Origin: Methanocellales archaeon
GTDB lineage: Archaea > Halobacteriota > UBA148
DNA: 56,130 nucleotides
Assembly (NCBI GenBank): GCA_030019435.1
Contig: JASEEV010000006.1
Span: forward strand, 1 to 56,130
Direction: 5' to 3'
Shown: positions 52,942-56,130 of the stretch, one piece after another
Layout of the letters: every line of letters starts with the position of its first letter
How positions within the stretch are numbered: position 1 is the first letter of the stretch
Notes under the pieces: generated by a model
Databases searched by the model: none
The model's input: the letters and a program-made list of their open reading frames with translations, nothing else
Told to the model about the DNA's origin: nothing
Translations under genes and position numbers: made by a program

Positions 52942-53321
52942 TATCTCCTTCTTTGTGATCTCTCTACATGTTTATCAGACATGTTGAGTGTCTCGTTAAC
53001 TTCGCCTATCTCTTCATCTGATATCAGCATTTTACCATATTTTCCGATGTTCAGTCGCATCGAGTTTCTGACAAGTGAGATATACCCATTTTCAATGGAT
53101 ATGACATTGCCAACACCAACTTTTCCGATCTGGTCATCCCAAAGTGACATCAGTATGCAGCCGGTTTCATCTCCAACCTTTACCTCAGAGACCTTTTTGT
53201 CACCAAATCTTGTGCTTATGTCTCTAAGCTCTCCTATCTCAAGCACTTTAACAAGTGTGTTCACATTCTTTGAATTTACGCCCATGTCCTTGACTTTCAA
53301 ATCTATGGCTTTGTACTCCAT
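52938..53321 (-). CDS. Single OB-fold ssDNA-binding protein (RPA/SSB-like)
   Basis: VGDETGCILMSLWDDQ, IENGY, LNIGKYG. Confidence 0.9.
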   Translation of the reverse strand: MEYKAIDLKVKDMGVNSKNVNTLVKVLEIGELRDISTRFGDKKVSEVKVGDETGCILMSLWDDQIGKVGVGNVISIENGYISLVRNSMRLNIGKYGKMLISDEEIGEVNETLNMSDKHVERSQRRRY

Positions 53322-53448
53322 AATATCACATTGCTTAATTACTTCTCCTTTTAAAAAAGAAGTACGCTATTTATGTTCACCCTGTATTTTATACTGTTGG
53401 TTGCTTTAATAGTAAACTATATTAAGTATATTGTTTATAGTATACTTG

Positions 53449-53688
53449 ATGGAAACTGTAAGTACCAAGGTTGACGACCAAACAAGGTATCAACTCGAGA
53501 AACTCCTAAAGAGTGGGGAATTTAAAAGCAAAAGTGAGCTAGTGCGGCGCGCTTTAAGAGATTTTATATCGCGAAAACAACTAAGATGGGAGAGTAGGGC
53601 AGAGATGCGCACATTCTTTAAAAAACGGTCGTTGGCCCCAAGTGGAGAGATAATAGAGAAAATACGAGGAGAAGAGGAAGACCTATGA
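53449..53688 (+). CDS. Ribbon-helix-helix antitoxin (VapB-like)
   Basis: METVSTKV..FKSKSELVRRALR; overlaps the PIN gene start. Confidence 0.85.
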   Translation: METVSTKVDDQTRYQLEKLLKSGEFKSKSELVRRALRDFISRKQLRWESRAEMRTFFKKRSLAPSGEIIEKIRGEEEDL

Positions 53689-54167
53689 AAGTCTACTTTG
53701 AACCGAGTGCTCTCCTCCAGTGCTACTTGCCAGACCAGGGTAGCGAAAACGTCGAGTGGGTGCTAAGCAGGCTAAATGAAGGAGAAGGTAAAACTTCTAG
53801 GTGGACCCTTCTCGAGATTACCAGGGGATTCTTGAAAAGAAAAAATTTGGGGGAGATCACCTCAGAGGAGGCAGAGGATTCGATAAATTTTTTTCTTGCT
53901 GACATAGCGACTCTTGAGCAAGAAAAAAGGGTGGAGGTAATAGACATATCAAAGGGTGTGATAGAGGAGGCTTTGTCGATCATGCGTATGTATAACATAT
54001 ATGCTGCTGATGCGATCCATTGCGCCACTGCGAATAGGATAGGTGTTGACATCATCCTCGTCGATGATAGACATTATAAAAAACTTCAGAGTGCAAGCAC
54101 GATTCAGATGCTTAACGTGTCCATGAAACCAAAGGAGTTCAAGAACGCATTTAAGGGAGTAACATAA
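53685..54167 (+). CDS. PIN-domain toxin (VapC-like)
   Basis: YFEPSAL, TLLEI, YAADAIHCATA, VDDRH. Confidence 0.85.
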   Translation: MKVYFEPSALLQCYLPDQGSENVEWVLSRLNEGEGKTSRWTLLEITRGFLKRKNLGEITSEEAEDSINFFLADIATLEQEKRVEVIDISKGVIEEALSIMRMYNIYAADAIHCATANRIGVDIILVDDRHYKKLQSASTIQMLNVSMKPKEFKNAFKGVT

Positions 54168-54202
54168 TACTTAAGACGATTCAACCTGTTGAAGGTATCA
54201 TC

Positions 54203-55201
54203 ATGATCGGCATCATTCTATGTGGCGGACAAGGTAAGCGCCTGCGCCCAATGACATCCAATATCCCCAAATCCCTCATCGAGCTCAGGGAAGGATACAC
54301 GATTTTGAATAAGCAAATGCTTGATTTTGCCTCTGCAGGCATAGATGAGGTTATCTTGCTGACCGGTTATCTAGGTGAAAAAATCGAGGAGCGTTACAGC
54401 GACGAATACAAAGGTATGAAAATCAAATACCTGGTCGAGGATGAACCGCTGGGAACGCTAAACGCCATACGCAGGGGTCTGGAGACCATTGGCGATGAAG
54501 ATGCAGTCGTGAGAAATGGCGACATCGTTGCAGACCTCAACTTAAAAAAGATGATCTCCGAGTTTAATGCTTCTAAATTCCTGGCAACAATGTTCGTCAC
54601 CAGACTAAAAAGCCCGTACGGCATCGTAGTGTTAGACGAAAAACGCATTAAATCCTTTAGAGAGAAACCCATCCTGGATCACTATATCAACGGCGGGATA
54701 TATTGTTTTGACGAAGCTTGCTTAGCGTTCTTCGAACATTTTGAGACAGGTGCCATAGAGGATACGGTCTTTCCAGCACTCGCCAAAGAGGGCAAATTGG
54801 GGTATTATACAGAAGACGCCCTGTGGGCATCGATCGACACGAGCAAAGATTTAGATGAAATCAGGAGGGAGTATGTGAATCGCACGGATAAACCATGGGG
54901 GTATGAAAAGGTTTTAGCTCTCACGAATGAAGAAATGAAAAAGGTGCTGTTTATCAAGGGAGGTTATCAAACCTCATATCACTACCACGAGAAAAGAGAT
55001 GAAACCATGCATATAGCGAGCGGCGTTGGGTACATAGAATTTGAGGACCATAAAAAGACGTTTAAAAAGAACGATGTGATCAGGATAAAGCCGAACACAC
55101 CGCATACCATTGTTGCAGAAGAGAATACGATTATCCATGAGGTTTCGATGCCATATCCAGAGGACGTTATCAGGATAAGGGATTTCTATAAGGCACGGTG
55201 A
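54203..55201 (+). CDS. Sugar-phosphate nucleotidyltransferase with C-terminal cupin
   Basis: ILCGGQGKRLRP..PK, FREKP, INGGIY; cupin DKPWG..SYHYHEKRDE. Confidence 0.9.
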   Translation: MIGIILCGGQGKRLRPMTSNIPKSLIELREGYTILNKQMLDFASAGIDEVILLTGYLGEKIEERYSDEYKGMKIKYLVEDEPLGTLNAIRRGLETIGDEDAVVRNGDIVADLNLKKMISEFNASKFLATMFVTRLKSPYGIVVLDEKRIKSFREKPILDHYINGGIYCFDEACLAFFEHFETGAIEDTVFPALAKEGKLGYYTEDALWASIDTSKDLDEIRREYVNRTDKPWGYEKVLALTNEEMKKVLFIKGGYQTSYHYHEKRDETMHIASGVGYIEFEDHKKTFKKNDVIRIKPNTPHTIVAEENTIIHEVSMPYPEDVIRIRDFYKAR

Positions 55202-55214
55202 CTTGGGTGAAAAT

Positions 55215-56130
55215 ATGAAACGAATATCTGTCATCGGAATGGGCTTTGTCGGTCTTGTCAGCGCTGCATGTTTCGCAAAGAAATTTGAGGTCATAGCCTC
55301 CACTCATGACTCAAAGAAGGCCGAGCTGATAAACGAGGGTAAAGCTCCCTTTTACGAGAAGGGTCTAGATGGCATCCTGGGGGATGTCATAAGAAGTGAA
55401 AATTTAAGGGTAATATCAGAAAGAAAAGAGGCTGTTCTTAACTCTGATATCACGTTCATCACTGTGGGAACGCCAAGTAAACCAGACGGGGGCATAGATC
55501 TTAGATTCATAAAATCTTCCGCCAAAGAAATAGGAGAAGCTCTAAAAGGCAAGGATCATCATCTCGTTGTCGTAAAAAGCACCGTCGTTCCTGGAACGAC
55601 AGAAAAAATCGTCAAGCCAATCCTGGAAGAACATTCTGGTAAAGAAGTTGGACCTGGCTTTGGGCTATGCATGAATCCAGAGTTTTTGCGAGAAGGCAAC
55701 GCAGTCTATGATACCTTGCACCCTGATCGAATCGTCATAGGCGAGAGCGATAAATCCTCAGGAGATGCTCTGGTGGAGTTCTATCGAGAGTTCTACGACA
55801 AAAAGTGTCCTCCAATCCTAAGGATGAGTCTTGTCTCAGCAGAGATGGTCAAATACGCCTCTAATGCATTTCTTTCTACGAAGATCTCCTTCGCAAATGA
55901 AATCGGCAACATTTGCAAAGAGCTCGGCATCGATACCTATGAAGTTATGGGGGCCGTCAGCATGGATCACAGAATCTCACCGCACTTCCTTCGCTCAGGC
56001 GTAGGCTTTGGGGGCTCATGTCTTCCAAAGGACGTGAAGGCGCTCATTCATAAGGCAAAGGAAATTGGCTACGAGCCAAAATTATTAAAATCCGTGATGG
56101 ATGTTAATGAGGAACAGCCGAAAAGGATGG
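55215..56130 (+). CDS. UDP-glucose/GDP-mannose 6-dehydrogenase, 5' part (runs off window end)
   Basis: Manual translation: IGMGFVGL, VGTP, VVVKSTVVPGT, NPEFLREG, KYASNAF, GFGGSCLPKD. Confidence 0.93.
   Translation, partial: MKRISVIGMGFVGLVSAACFAKKFEVIASTHDSKKAELINEGKAPFYEKGLDGILGDVIRSENLRVISERKEAVLNSDITFITVGTPSKPDGGIDLRFIKSSAKEIGEALKGKDHHLVVVKSTVVPGTTEKIVKPILEEHSGKEVGPGFGLCMNPEFLREGNAVYDTLHPDRIVIGESDKSSGDALVEFYREFYDKKCPPILRMSLVSAEMVKYASNAFLSTKISFANEIGNICKELGIDTYEVMGAVSMDHRISPHFLRSGVGFGGSCLPKDVKALIHKAKEIGYEPKLLKSVMDVNEEQPKRM

Overview
Archaeal chromosomal window. The 16S rRNA and protein set point to a Halobacteriota/Methanosarcinia-Methanocellales-like euryarchaeote; this placement is inferred, not searched. 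Most of it is core genes: tbp (partial), class I lysS, a cis-prenyltransferase pair, ABCE1/Rqc2/pelota, glycosylation genes, pyrC and dnaG. It also holds a complete rRNA operon (16S-tRNA-Ala-23S-tRNA-Cys-5S), tRNA-Ser, tRNA-His and RNase P RNA. Two things stand out. (1) A 7.6-kb convergent cluster between tRNA-Ser and tRNA-His encodes four radical SAM enzymes (three are paralogues with a shared N-terminal extension), a geranylgeranyl-reductase-like flavoprotein, a divergent UbiA prenyltransferase and a signal-peptide-less NMT1/SBP-fold protein. It is a candidate pathway for an uncharacterised prenylated cofactor or lipid, possibly methanophenazine-like. (2) At least three families of short hairpin repeats have colonised stable RNAs. 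They form the introns of tRNA-Ala and tRNA-Cys, a ~72-nt insert in 23S rRNA, two expansions in RNase P RNA, an insertion in a duplicated 5S 3' end, the rRNA spacers and the 3' end of one protein gene. Also seen: two unexplained structured intergenic RNAs (pyrC-toprim spacer and dnaG leader), a KaiC-like/MglA-GTPase/roadblock operon, several frameshifted genes and unlisted micro-ORFs. All calls are by eye from sequence motifs; no database searches were run.
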